Assembly: GCF_006345805.1 (NCBI RefSeq)
Contig: NW_021835788.1
Coordinates: 1 to 38,773 of the forward strand
Length of the DNA stretch: 38,773 nt
Source of the DNA: Octopus sinensis
Taxonomy: Eukaryota
Direction: 5' to 3'
A program made the translations under genes and the position numbers. The notes beneath the pieces were generated by a model. The model did not search any database, had not been told where the DNA came from, and saw only the letters and a program-made list of their open reading frames with translations. This document shows, in pieces, positions 1 through 12,344 of the stretch. The stretch's first letter is position 1. Each line of letters starts with the position of its first letter.

Positions 1-356
1 CAGAACATGATTAAGCACACTTCTTACAAAACGAAACATTTGTGGATCTATCTATTGTCTATCTATCTGCCCGTCGATCGATCGATCGATCGATCCATCT
101 CTCTCTCTCTGTCTCTATCTCTGTGTCTCTCTCTCTCTGTCTCTCTCTCTGTCTCTATCTCTGTGTCTCTCTCTGTTTCTCTCTCTCTCTCTGTCTCTCT
201 TTCTCTTTCTATCTGTCTATCTACTTATCCATCTTTTTATGCATGTATGTATGTATGTGTCTGTCTGTCTATCTGTTTGTCAGCTTGTCTGTCTAATTTA
301 TATCTCGATATATGTAGACACATAAAGAGAGAGAGAGAGAGAGAGAGAGAGGAGGG

Positions 357-391
<35 letters not shown>

Positions 392-605
392 AGAGATGAA
401 GAAGTTGAATCTAATGTTTATAACTAACAGTTTTAAATTTCAGCTTTAAAGAATAAATAAATAAATAAAATCCCCAAAACCCCTAAAAAAAAATCTGTAC
501 CCTGCACTTGGCGTATTTAAGTGTTTCTTTAAAAATTAGTTTGTAAACACAAGCGTTCATCTAAATAATAGCTATAAACAAAGATATATAACACACACAC
601 ACAAA

Positions 606-824
606 CGAAGGGGTTGCGGAAAAGTTCCTGGCTTTAAGGGTGTCGCGAAAGGCCTGGTTGGAGGCCCAACACTCTGGGTTCTTTTACAGGGCTTAGAAAA
701 ACTGAAGGACCACTGCAATACGTGTGTGAATCCGAGAAGGGGACATATTGAATAAAAATCATAATTAACTCATCCTCCCGTATCTTCTTTTATCCAAACC
801 CTGGAACTTTTCAGCAGCCCCTCA
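606..824 (+). mobile_element. Mariner-derived MITE
   Basis: Terminal inverted repeats GGGGTTGCGGAAAAGTTCC and GGAACTTTTCAGCAGCCCC. Internal TGTGTGAATCCGAGAAGGGGACATATTGAATAA resembles the mariner C-terminus (KCVELRGEYVE*). Confidence 0.7.
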
Positions 825-878
<54 letters not shown>

Positions 879-934
879 TACTATTGCATAACTTTTTATA
901 TATACATATATACATATCTATCTATTTATCCATC

Positions 935-1000
<66 letters not shown>

Positions 1001-1108
1001 ATCTCTATATACATGTGTTGTGTATGTATGCATGCATGTTATGTATGTATGTATAAATGTAGGGGGTGACCCCATGAGCAAACAGAACAATGTTAAAATT
1101 TCACCTAC

Positions 1109-1310
1109 CTTTATACTCACCCCTGGTCTATAAGTGTCCTTCGGGGAGACCGTCCACTTTGATACGAATCCATTGCTCCCTTCGGTTTTGGCGGCCCGTT
1201 TGTGTGATAGGCCTTCGTCGACACAAGTCGACAGGGGACATGCCCTTTAACAAATCCACTCCATGTAAGACAATGCTCAACAATACCAGAGAAGGTAGAG
1301 CAGACATCAT
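1109..1310 (-). CDS. SPON1: First coding exon of an F-spondin/spondin-1-like gene (signal peptide plus start of the reeler domain); frameshifted as assembled
   Basis: ATG at 1310 opens a hydrophobic leader (MMSALPSLVLLSIVL). Pieces in three frames join to ...DLCRRRPYHTNGPPKTEGSNGFRIKVDGLPEGTLYRPGVSYK(V), comparable to vertebrate SPON1 CSRILRAQGTRREGYTEFSLRVEGDPDFYKPGTSYRV. Donor AAG|GTAGGT at 1109/1108 is phase 1, at the position where I recall SPON1 intron 1. Six restored bases are needed, so error versus pseudogene is unresolved. Confidence 0.75.
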
Positions 1311-1573
1311 TGTGTTGTAGAAAATAAAGAAGTAAAAAAAGAAAAAAACAAATCAAAACAGAATCCCTGTTTTTCAGAAAAAAGTAAATTAAAATCGAGG
1401 CCCTTAAATCCCAGCAGAACCCCCCGAATATTTTAATTGTTTTTAAGGGTGAACTGATTATATATACATATATACATACATACGTATGTATGTACGTATA
1501 TAAGAGCGTACCGATGTGTATGTGTGTGTATGTATGTGTTCGGTGGGGTCGATGTAAATTAACTGCGGCAGGG

Positions 1574-1586
1574 TTTATATAAAAAG
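1574..1586. promoter_or_regulatory. Palindromic TATA-like element about 270 bp upstream of the spondin ATG
   Basis: TTTATATAAA reads the same on both strands and lies in GC-richer unique sequence. Function is inferred only. Confidence 0.25.
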
Positions 1587-1839
1587 CTGTAAGGGCCCTC
1601 GGCAAGTTTTGCGACATTGCAAAAGGCAGGCTTATCTCGTATTGTAAGTTTCTCCCCAGAAAAACTCTCGCGAGTGACGTAGGTTCTGCTTCTTCTTCTC
1701 TGTTCTCTCTCTTCTTTCCCCTCCGCTTTCGGCGACGGACGACCGCGTCTTCACGAGTCTCTCTCGAGTGGCTTTTCCCTCTTTTGTTTACATTACGGTT
1801 AACTTTTAAGGAAGCACGAACAACTACCCGTCTACCACC

Positions 1840-2056
1840 CGACCACATCCACCAACCGCCGCCACCACCACCACCACCGCCGACACCGCCGACACCGCCG
1901 CCGACACGACAATCGCAGTCGCCGTCGTCGTCATCATCATCATCATAATCATCATCATCGTCGTCATTGTCGTTATCGCCGTAATTGTTGTTGTTGTAGT
2001 TGTAGTTGCTATTTGATGCCTGCACAAGCAACACACACACCTCGCACACCACCACC

Positions 2057-2110
<54 letters not shown>

Positions 2111-2330
2111 GCTACTACTGTAGAAGTAGAAGACGGCAGCGGCGGTGCGGGTGATAGTGGAGGTGGTGAGGGTGGTGGTGGTGGTGGTGGTAGTGGTGTA
2201 GTGAGGCAGGTTGGGGGGAAGGTGGGAGTAAGAGTTTACACTCAGCTAGAATGATGACGATGATGATGATGATGGTGGCGGTGGTGGTGACGACGACGAC
2301 GATGGTGGTGATGATGATGATGATGATGTT
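1840..2330. repeat. Mosaic trinucleotide tract (ACC/CAT/GTT/ACT/GGT/GAT)
   Basis: Directly visible. Confidence 0.95.
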
Positions 2331-2384
2331 GACAATGTTCTTCCGACAACATTGGCGATTAATTCCTGAACGACAATTCCAACA

Positions 2385-2386
2385 TA

Positions 2387-2422
<36 letters not shown>

Positions 2423-2445
2423 ATGTGTGTGTGTCTGCGTGTATG

Positions 2446-2491
<46 letters not shown>

Positions 2492-3200
2492 TTATCTACG
2501 ACACACACACGCACACACACACATCTACATAAATGCATAAATATAATCACACATGTGCCAGATATACACACACACGCACACACACACACACACGCACATA
2601 TATATATATATATGCACACGCCTAAACTCGTACACACACAAGCACACACGCACATATAGGTTTAACATTTATATCATCGCACACACATACACACACACAC
2701 ACACACAGACACACACGTACGCACACTCATGTAAACACACACATGCACACACCTTCTATAACGACACTTTAACACATGTCCACCTCACTCTCACCTCTCG
2801 TTTTCTCATTATCTCATTATCTCACTCTTTCCCTCCCCTCCTCCCCCGCTCTCTCTCTCTTTCTATCTATAACTTCCTACCCCCTCCCTCCATCTCTGCT
2901 TCTTTTCTACCTTCTCTCTCTCCCTCTCACTCGCACACGCCGTACTTTACCCCTTTCCTCTCATTATTTCCCTTCACCCTCTCTCTCTCTCATAATCTTT
3001 ACTCTCTCTAATCTCTACACCATACAATCTTTCTTTCCCTCTCTTTCATTAATCACTCTCTTCTTCTCCCAGTATCTATTTATCACTCATTCGCTCTCTT
3101 CCCTCTCTCTCTCTCTCTCTCCAACACTCTCCCTTTTCCCTCTTTCCTTCTCTCTCACTCAATCTCCCCCCCTCTTACTTTATGACAACCTATCAATCTG
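2385..3200. repeat. (CT)n/(GT)n/(CA)n microsatellites followed by an approximately 420 bp pyrimidine-rich tract
   Basis: Directly visible. Confidence 0.9.
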
Positions 3201-3223
3201 TCCATCTCCACAGATTTCTCTTC

Positions 3224-3255
3224 TGATTGGCTAGATCTCCCACAAATCCCCGCCC
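3224..3255. promoter_or_regulatory. CCAAT box plus GC box, possible upstream promoter of the spondin gene
   Basis: GATTGGC at 3225-3231 and CCCCGCCC at 3248-3255, next to a long CT/GA tract. Confidence 0.25.
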
Positions 3256-3429
3256 ACCAGTAATACCCCTCTCCTACTACGATACACACCGCCTCCACAT
3301 CTCCATCGTCCCACACGGCCTTCTTTCTTTCTTTCTCTTTCTTTCCTTCTTTATTTAATTGTTACGAACGTAAAATTACACCCCACCCCCATCCTCCGCC
3401 TTTCTCGCTCCCTCTACCTGCTTCTCTAT

Positions 3430-5540
3430 GTTTGTATGAGTGTGTATGTAGTTATTGGGTATGTACGTGTGTGTGTATGTATGTATGTTTGTATGCATGT
3501 ATGTATGTATGTATGTATGTATGTATGTATATATGTATGCATGTATGTATGTATGTATGTATGTATATATGTATGCATGTATGTATGTATGTATGTATGT
3601 ATGTATCATGCATGTATTATGTATGTATGTAATGTATGTATGTATGTTTTGTATGTATGTACGTGTGTGTTGTATGTATGTATGTATGTATGTATGTATG
3701 TTATGTATGTATTTTGTATGCATGTATGTATGTTTGTATGCATGTATGTATGTTGTAGTATGTATGTATGTATGTATATATGTATGCATGTATGTATGTA
3801 TGTATGTATGTATGTATGTATGTATGTATGTATGTGTGCATGTATGTATGTATGTATGTATGCATGCATGTATGTATGTATGTATGTATGTATGTATGCA
3901 TGTATGTATGTATGTATGTATGTATGTATGTATGTATGTATGTATGTATTTATGCATGCATGTATGTATGTATGTATGTATGTTTGTATGCATGTATGTA
4001 TGTATGTATGTATGTATGTATATATGTATGCATGTATGTATGTATGTATGTATGTATGTATGTATGTATATATGTATGCATGTATGTATGTATGTATGTA
4101 TGTATGTATATATGTATGTATGTATGTATGTATGCATGCATGCATGTATGTATGTATGTATGTATGTATATATGTATGCATGTATGTATGTATGCATGTA
4201 TGTATGTATGTATGTATGTATGTATGTATGTATGTATGTATGTATGTATGTATGCATGCATGTATGTATGTATGTATGTATATATGTATGTATGTATGCA
4301 TGTATGTATGTTTGTATGCATGTATGTATGTATGTATGTTGTATGTATGTATATATGTATGCATGTATGTATGTATGTATGTATGTATATATGTATGCAT
4401 GTATGTATGTATGTATGTATGTATGTATGTATGTATATATGTATGCATGTATGTATGTATGTATGTATGTATGTATGTATGTATGTATGTATGTATGCAT
4501 GCATGTATGTATGTATGTATGTATGTATGTATGTTTGTATGTATGCATGTATGTATGTATGTATGTATGTATGTATATGCATGTATTATGTATGTATGTA
4601 TGTAATGTATTATGTATGTATATATGTACGTGTTGTATGTAGTATGTAGTATGTATGTATGTATGTATGTATGTACGTGTGTGTGTATGTAGGTATGTAT
4701 GTATGTATGTATGTATGTATTATGTATGTATGTATGTATGTATGTATGTATGTATGTACGTGTGTGTTTATTATGTATGTATGTATGTATGTATGTATGT
4801 ATGTTTGTATGTATGTATGTATGTACGTGTGTGTGTATGTATGTATGTATGTATGTATGTTATGTATGCATGTAGTATGTATGTATGTTTGTATGTATGT
4901 ATGTATGTATGTATGTAGTACGTGTGTGTGTATGTATGTATGTGGTATGTATTATGTATGTATGTTTGTATGTATGTATGTATGTACGTGTGTATGTATG
5001 TATGTATGTATGTATGTATGTATGTATGCATGTATGTATATGTATGTCTGTATGTATGTATCATGTATGTATGTATGTATGTATGTATGTATGTATGTAT
5101 GTATGTATGTATGTATGTTTGGTATGTAATGTATGTATGTATGTATGTATGTATGTACGTGTGTGTGTATGTATGTATGTATGTATGTATGTATGTATGT
5201 ATGTATGTATGTATGTTTGTATGTATGTATGTATGTATGTATGCATGTATGTATGTATGTACGTGTGTGTGTATGTATGTGTGTATGTATGCATGTATGT
5301 ATGTATGCATGTATGTATGTGTGTGTGTATATATGTATGTATGTATGTATGTGTGTGTGTATGTATGTATGTATGTATGTATGCATGTATGTATGTGTGT
5401 GTGTATATATGTATGTATGTATGTATGTGTGTGTATGTATGTATGTATGTATGTATGCATGTATGTATGTGTGTGTGTATATATGTATGTATGTATGTAT
5501 GTGTGTGTATGTATGTATGTATGTATGTATCTGTACACAT
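3430..5540. repeat. About 2.1 kb (ATGT)n tetranucleotide array with recurring variant units
   Basis: Directly visible; it accounts for all the CMYV/HTYI ORFs. Confidence 0.98.
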
Positions 5541-5599
5541 ATCGAGGTATCATCTACCTTTCTAACTACCTGTCTTTTAACATCGCTACTGAACACTGG

Positions 5600-5860
5600 A
5601 AGCACACAGGCACACACACACACATACACACACATACACACAAGCACACACACACAGACACACAGAAGCACATATACACACACACACATACACACAGGCA
5701 CACACACGCACAAACACACACATACACACAAGCACACACACAGACACACACACGCACAAACACACACATACACACAAGCACACAAACATGCACACACACA
5801 AGCACATATATACACACACACACATGCACACACACACACATGCACACAAGCATACACACC
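5600..5860. repeat. Degenerate (CA)n tract
   Basis: Directly visible. Confidence 0.95.
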
Positions 5861-6058
5861 CATTTTCGGCCAATGCCACTTTATAGGAATCCGGTAGACG
5901 GAAGTAATGCGGAAATCCGAATTATGCTGAAGGTGCTCCAGCTTGGCCAAGGCTATGTCAAAAGAAATCATAGAACTGCTGAAGTGAACAAGTGTGTGTG
6001 TGAATGTGTATACACATACACACATACACTAATATATTTGTACACAGGTATATACATG

Positions 6059-6127
<69 letters not shown>

Positions 6128-6141
6128 TATTAATATACATA

Positions 6142-6184
<43 letters not shown>

Positions 6185-6199
6185 CGTCATATATTATAT

Positions 6200-6442
6200 A
6201 TCCCGGAGTAAACACATAATGTGAAACAAGGTGGAAAAAAGAGTACTCAAATACAGTGGTAGAGTAATATGCTTTATTTAAAGCAGCAGAAAATTCAACA
6301 AAACCTGTACTCTGAGTTTCCCGTTCCTGTTCGTCGGACAGTTTTTTCTAGAATTCTAGAAAAAACTGTCCGACGAACAGGAACGGGAAACTCAGAGTAA
6401 CAGGTTTTGTTGAATTTTTCTGCTGCTTTAAATAAAGTATAT
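6200..6442. mobile_element. Spacer-less palindromic element with a hammerhead-like motif in each arm (PLE pLTR-like)
   Basis: Arms 6272-6353 and 6354-6437 are centred on GAATTC. The right arm reads CTGT-CCGACGA-...-GAAACTCAGAGTA-ACAG. Both ends abut TA-rich sequence. Confidence 0.65.
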
Positions 6443-6664
6443 ATATATATTTCGTTTTTAGATTTGGTTTGCAAGATTCTTTATGTGAGTTCGTGTGTTG
6501 AAGCATATTCTGTTGTGTCTGGGGAGAGACATTTTCTTTTTGTGCCTTACAATTTTACACACTCACCGGTAAAATTTCCACTTATTTCATATTTTTATTT
6601 TCCTAAAGTTTTCGTTGCGTCTTGCAACCTTTTCAAGAGTCTTCAATATGTGTGTCTGTGTGTG

Positions 6665-6945
6665 TGAGTGGATTTGGTAGGCGGAAACTGAAAGAAGCCC
6701 GTCATATATATATATACGTGTGTGTTTAGGTATGCATGTATTTGTGCATCTTGTTTGTCCTTCTACCATCACATGACAACCGATGTTGGTGTGTTTACGT
6801 CTCCGTAAATTAGCGGTTTGGCAAAAGGGAACAATAGAATAAGTACTAGGCTTATAAAGAATAAGTCTTGGAGTCAATTTGTTCGACTAAAGGCGGTGCT
6901 CCAGCATGGCCGCAGTCAAATGACTGAAACAAATGAAAGGATAAA
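6665..6945 (+). mobile_element. 5'-truncated SINE, family 1
   Basis: Shares GTGGATTTGGTAG..GGAAACTGAAAGAAGCCCGT and the tail GGCGGTGCTCCAGCATGGCCGCAGTC with the copies at 8469 and 18205. Confidence 0.85.
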
Positions 6946-7292
6946 AGGATATATATAAATAAATATATATTATATACATACGCGCACACACACACACATA
7001 CATATATATATAAGACTTGAATGTCTGTGTATGTACACATATATAATCTATCTATATAAAAAGAGAGAGAGGGAGAAAGAGAGAGAGAGAGGGAGAAAGA
7101 GAGAGAGGGAGAAAGAGAGAGAGAGAGGGAGATAGAGATCGATTGGTACACCGACGGCCACACACACAAAGAAATATGTGTATGTATATACATGCACAGA
7201 CATATATGTATGAATATACGTACGTACGTATGTATGTATGTATGTATGTATGTATGAGTATGTATGTATGTAGTATATATATTAATAATATA

Positions 7293-7349
<57 letters not shown>

Positions 7350-7489
7350 TATAGTTAGTTTGATTTGAAAACCCCACTAGAATGGGAGAAAGCGCTAATG
7401 ATAAGTTATATGATATATATATAAAATGTAATATACAAATAAATATCTGTAAATTAAACCATCCGATTTTCTTAGTACCTCATTCTTCT

Positions 7490-7537
<48 letters not shown>

Positions 7538-7574
7538 GGTATGGTGTGTATGTTTGTATAAGAGTGGTTATATG

Positions 7575-7611
<37 letters not shown>

Positions 7612-7652
7612 TACACACTCTTATACCAACATACACACATACCTATATATAT

Positions 7653-7697
<45 letters not shown>

Positions 7698-8164
7698 ATA
7701 GGTATGTGTGTGTATGTTTGTATAAGAGTGTGTATATATGTATATATATAATATATATATATATATAAATATATACGTACATACATACATACATACATAC
7801 ATACATACATACATACATACACTCACACACACATACATATATTAATATGTATATTTCAATTTCCATATCTCTCCAAGCGTGTGCATCTGTGTATGTGTGT
7901 ATGTAAGTGTGTGCGTGTGTGTCTATGTATGTATTTGTGTGTGTGTGCGTGTGTGTGTGTGTATCTTTTGTTTTTTGTTTGTGCCATAGTGCGCCGTAGA
8001 CATTAAAAGACAATTGTAGCTAAATCTTCAGAAAAACCAAAAAAAAAAAAGCTTTGAGTCTCTAGAAAATTACAAAAGCGAAAAAAAATCCTCTTCTACA
8101 TATTTGCCATTAATATAAAACGATGGAAGCAAAAATTCACTATATTTATTCTAAATTTTTAGAC

Positions 8165-8431
8165 TTAAAATAGCTTGATGTGAATTGCACCAGTAATTTT
8201 TAATTTTCCTTTCAAAAATGCACTTGAAATAATATTTTCTTTGATGTTCGGGCCTCTACGAAGTGAAAAACACTGATGTAACATCTTAACGCTGGCAGCG
8301 CCAACCTCTGTTACTGGAATATCTTGCGCTGAAGCAGTGTTCTTGGAATAGAAGCGTATGATTGGCTTAGGAACTGCAGCTAGTTTTTAGCATAATATGG
8401 CGACCGTAGTCAGATGCAGCATTCCGGAAGA
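8165..8431 (-). other. Candidate coding exon, identity unresolved
   Basis: Acceptor TTTTTTCAG| at 8432. There are 73 open codons (KLAAVPKPIIRFYSKNTASAQDIPVTEV...) ending in TAA at 8165, with AATAAA 15 nt later. Joining the upstream frame (FRNAASDYGRHIML) needs an indel in the A5 run at 8384-8388. Confidence 0.3.
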
Positions 8432-8468
8432 CTGAAAAAATTTTAATGAATAAGAAATTAAATAAATC

Positions 8469-8850
8469 TGGCTGTGTGGTAAAAAGCTTGCTTCTCGACC
8501 ACATGGTTCCGAGTTCAGGCCCACTGCATGACACCTTGAGCAAGTATCTTTTATTATAGCCTTGGGCCGACCAAAGCCTTGTAAGTGGATTTGGTAGACG
8601 GAAACCGAAAGAAGCCCGTGTATATATATATATATATGGATATATTTATGTCTGTGTCTCTGTGTTTGACCCCCGCCATCGTTTGACAACCAATGTTAGT
8701 GTGTTTACATCCTCGTAACTGAGCAGTTCGGCAAAAGACACCGATAGAGTAAGTGCTAAGCTTACAAAAATTAAGTCCTAGGGTCAATTTGTTTCTACTA
8801 AAAACCCTTTAAGGCGGTGCCCCAGCATGGCCGCATCAAGTGACCGAAAA
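8469..8850 (+). mobile_element. Near full-length tRNA-headed SINE, family 1, with an internal (TA)n/(TG)n tract
   Basis: A-box-like TGGCTGTGTGG and B-box-like GAGTTCAGGCC, plus body and tail shared with 18205-18630. Confidence 0.9.
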
Positions 8851-8980
8851 AAAAAATGAAAAAAGAATAAAATAAAATAAAATATGTCTTCCATAAGCTC
8901 CAGCATGGTCGCTCGCTTTCTCAAAGTTCTCAGAATCCTTCCAGTTAGTCTTCTGTACATTGCTGCCACCTTCGTAATAA

Positions 8981-9196
8981 TGGTTTCACATTTTGGTAGA
9001 AGGCCAGCAATTTCAGAGAAGGAGGTTAAGTCCATTTACATCGACCCCAGTGTTCCACTGGTACTTATTTTATCGACTCAGAAAGGATGAAAGCAAAGTC
9101 GACTTCGGCAGAAATTGAACAGAAAACGTAAAGACGGACGAAATACCTCTAAGCATTTTGCTTTGCGTGCTAACGATTCTGCCAGCTCGCCACCTT
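8981..9196 (-). mobile_element. tRNA-headed SINE, family 2
   Basis: The minus strand begins GGTGGCGAGCTGGCAGAATCGTTAGC. The central TTTCATCCTTT..GTCGATAAAATAAGTACCAG block is shared with 16850, 27536 and 34463. Confidence 0.9.
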
Positions 9197-9238
9197 AATA
9201 AAAATAAAAATAAGAAGAATAAAAATAATAACAACAAC

Positions 9239-9841
9239 AACAAGAACACTGAGAGAGTACAAACCTCCACCAAGGCAACACCAATGTCCTCTCAACGATT
9301 AGCCAGAGATGACTTTTTAAAATGAGAATATCTGAAATAGACTCGACTGCTCTGACAAACAGGTGGATTCTCAGGAACTGCTGGAATCCATCCAGCAGTT
9401 CCTACGATATCTTGTCCACTGACAAACAAACACAACTGAAACCAATACCTCCACCTTTGCTAAGGCAGAGGTAATAATAACAAGAGCATTCAGGGAGTGC
9501 AAACCTCCACCAAGGCAACACCAGTATCCTCTCAATGATTAGCCAGAGATGATTTTTTTAAAATGAGATCTGAAATAAACTCAACTGCTTTCACAAACGA
9601 GAATACTAAAAATGAACATGACCGCTTTCGAAAATTAAGTAAAAAAGTGGGAATTATAATCCAGAATCCTTGTCCGGTACCGGATCGATCTCAAAATCTC
9701 ATCACTTCGTGCTAGTCACGAGGCCCAACATCCCTGAAAGTTTCATACGAATCCATCGAGCGGTTCTTGAGATAATTGTCCACAGATAAACAAACAAACA
9801 AACACGACTGAAAACAATATCTCCGTCTTCGCTAAGGCGAG

Positions 9842-9845
<4 letters not shown>
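9239..9845 (+). mobile_element. Two tandem non-autonomous elements of Helentron-associated (HINE/Pearl-like) architecture
   Basis: Copies at 9239-9472 and 9479-9845 start AACAAGA.CA.T.AG.GAG..CAAACCTCCACCAAGGC. They end in an ACAA repeat plus the hairpin CTCC.(C/T)CTT.GCTAAGGC.GAGG. Class assignment rests on recalled architecture. Confidence 0.55.
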
Positions 9846-9879
<34 letters not shown>

Positions 9880-9929
9880 TAATAATAATAATGATGATGA
9901 TGATGATAATGATAATGATGATAATGATA

Positions 9930-9964
<35 letters not shown>

Positions 9965-9980
9965 AATGATGATGATGATA

Positions 9981-10064
<84 letters not shown>

Positions 10065-10075
10065 GCGATGGTGAC
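9845..10075. repeat. (AAT)n grading into (GAT)n
   Basis: Directly visible. Confidence 0.97.
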
Positions 10076-11187
10076 GATTTCATTTATTTGTCCCTGGGGC
10101 ATGGATGAGGGGGACATCACAATGCCGTTAAGCGTTTTGTCCGACGTGCTTACGATTCTGCCAGTTAGCCACCTTCCATCTTGGTTATGTTTTCTTTTTT
10201 ATTATTGTTAATCGGTTAATACTTCATTACCCATAATCCTGTGTGAAGATTTTCAGATTGGTGCGAGGAAAGACCATCCGCCTGAATTCTGGTGATAAAA
10301 TTGATTCCCAGAAAAAGCTGCCAATATGCCAGAAGCTGGTGACATACCAGGAAATAGAATGAGTGAACCATAAAGTGGTCTGTGGCGGGATTTGAACTCA
10401 GAACGTAGAGAACCAAAAGAAACACCGTAAGGTATCCGATCTGATATTCTTACGTTTGATCCGATACAATTTTTTCATCAACCCCGAAAAGATGAAAGGT
10501 AAAGATGATCTCGGTGAGATTTGAACTCACAACGCAGATATTCAGAGCCATCACCGCCAGGCATTATATACAACACTCTAACGACTCTTCCAGTGACATA
10601 TTATTACTAACGCCAGTACCATGCTACCCATGTCAGGCACCGGTTATGACCCTGGTCTTAGATTCTCTACAAATCACGACAGCCCTGGCTGAAATATAAT
10701 CAATGGTTTGTAGACAATGTGTTTAAAAATCCTTCTCTCATGCCAATGTACCTTATTGATCTTAGTTCTGTTTTATAGAGCATGCCAAAAAGTCATGAAG
10801 TCTTACAGCATATTGTGATCTGTGGACATAATCGAGGCGGCTTCAACTGATGCATTAAGTGGTTTAAAAAAAAAAAAATTCGTGACTTTTGTTATATGTT
10901 GGGTTGAGATCTTAACGCATGTTCTTCTTTTTCAAATAATCGCGATTCGGAGATTAGCTTTGATACTTTTTCGTAACATCATCAGTTGCAGATGGTGTTC
11001 GTGTAACTGAGAAGGCATTTTTTTTAGAAACTGTGTTAGTGTGCGTATGCATGTTTGTGTATGTGTGTATGCACAAACATATATAAAATGTGTAATGTAT
11101 GTATGTATGCATGTATGTATGCATGTATGTATGTATGTATGTATGTATGTATGTATGTATGTATGCATGTATGTATGTATGTATGTG

Positions 11188-11233
<46 letters not shown>

Positions 11234-11234
<1 letters not shown>

Positions 11235-11332
11235 GAGGCGCAATGGCCCAGTGATTAGGGCAGCGGACTCGCGGTCGCAGGATTGCGGTTTCGATTCCCA
11301 GACGGGCGTTGTGAGTGTTTATTGAGCGAAAA

Positions 11333-11335
<3 letters not shown>
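11234..11335 (+). mobile_element. Head of a tRNA-derived SINE, family 3, truncated into (TA)n
   Basis: A box TGGCCCAGTGA and B box GTTTCGATTCC; no proper tRNA acceptor stem. Confidence 0.8.
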
Positions 11336-11411
<76 letters not shown>

Positions 11412-11508
11412 AATACTTACATATGAATACACATAAACTCATAAATAATATTATTTATATATATATATATGTTATGATGTATGCATGTAGTTAGGTCTGT
11501 ATATATAC

Positions 11509-11575
<67 letters not shown>

Positions 11576-11869
11576 ATATACGTACGTATATGTGTGTGTT
11601 TGTTCGTGTCAATATACATGGCTGCCTATGCATAACTTTATCTCTGTTAACATTTACAAAAATATGCACACACACAAGTACTACGGCACCCAAATACTCT
11701 GTCATTGGTAGAAGACGGGTAGAAGTTGAGACAAAGCTATAAAGTATATAGGTTATGATACCTCATTTAATTTGTAAGGACCACCCGGAGTAGATGTTTC
11801 ATTTCTGTTACTTAAGTAATAAAGTCTTGTTGAAACATGTGTGTCGGCGGGTACCCTGCTTACTTCACG

Positions 11870-11930
<61 letters not shown>

Positions 11931-12115
11931 ACCAATCATGGCATCTACCCGCTTCTAACCTTATATGCACGCAGCAAGAAGGCGATGGCAGAGGGAAATA
12001 AATACTTATATACCCAGTCGTATGTGTGTGTGCGTGTGTGAGTGGCTGTAGATAAGTATGTATGTATGTATGTATGTATGTTTGTATGTATGATGTATGT
12101 ATGTATGTATGTATG

Positions 12116-12180
<65 letters not shown>

Positions 12181-12300
12181 AATACATATACATACTGAGG
12201 CGTGTATGCATATATATAAATATCTATATGTATATATGCATTTGTTTGTATGTATACATACGTATTATACATATATATGTGTGTATGCATGTAATTATGC

Positions 12301-12344
<44 letters not shown>

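Noticed and set aside
1121-1121. Donor GGG|GTGAGT as the end of the spondin exon
   Set aside because: The donor at 1109 extends the match to PGVSYK(V) and gives the expected phase 1; 1121 could still be a minor site.
1117-2067. 316-aa minus-strand ORF
   Set aside because: Mostly trinucleotide repeat and UTR-like sequence. It overlaps the spondin exon in a frame that matches only briefly.
5862-5990. Unique island as an exon or LINE fragment (DGSNAEIR)
   Set aside because: Only a 3-4 residue resemblance to RTE, and no convincing protein on the minus strand.
3376-6121. Long ORFs of 200-400 aa (CMYV/HTYI repeats) and similar YI/CV/HT ORFs throughout
   Set aside because: These are translations of microsatellites that lack stop codons.
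10807-10846. 40-nt minus-strand exon with an in-frame TGA as a selenocysteine exon
   Set aside because: No CxU or CxxU context, phases do not join the other candidates, and no SECIS was found downstream of 8165.
11234-11310. tRNA gene calls here and at 13915-13960 and 29963-30030
   Set aside because: A and B boxes are present, but there is no complete cloverleaf, and two continue into SINE bodies.
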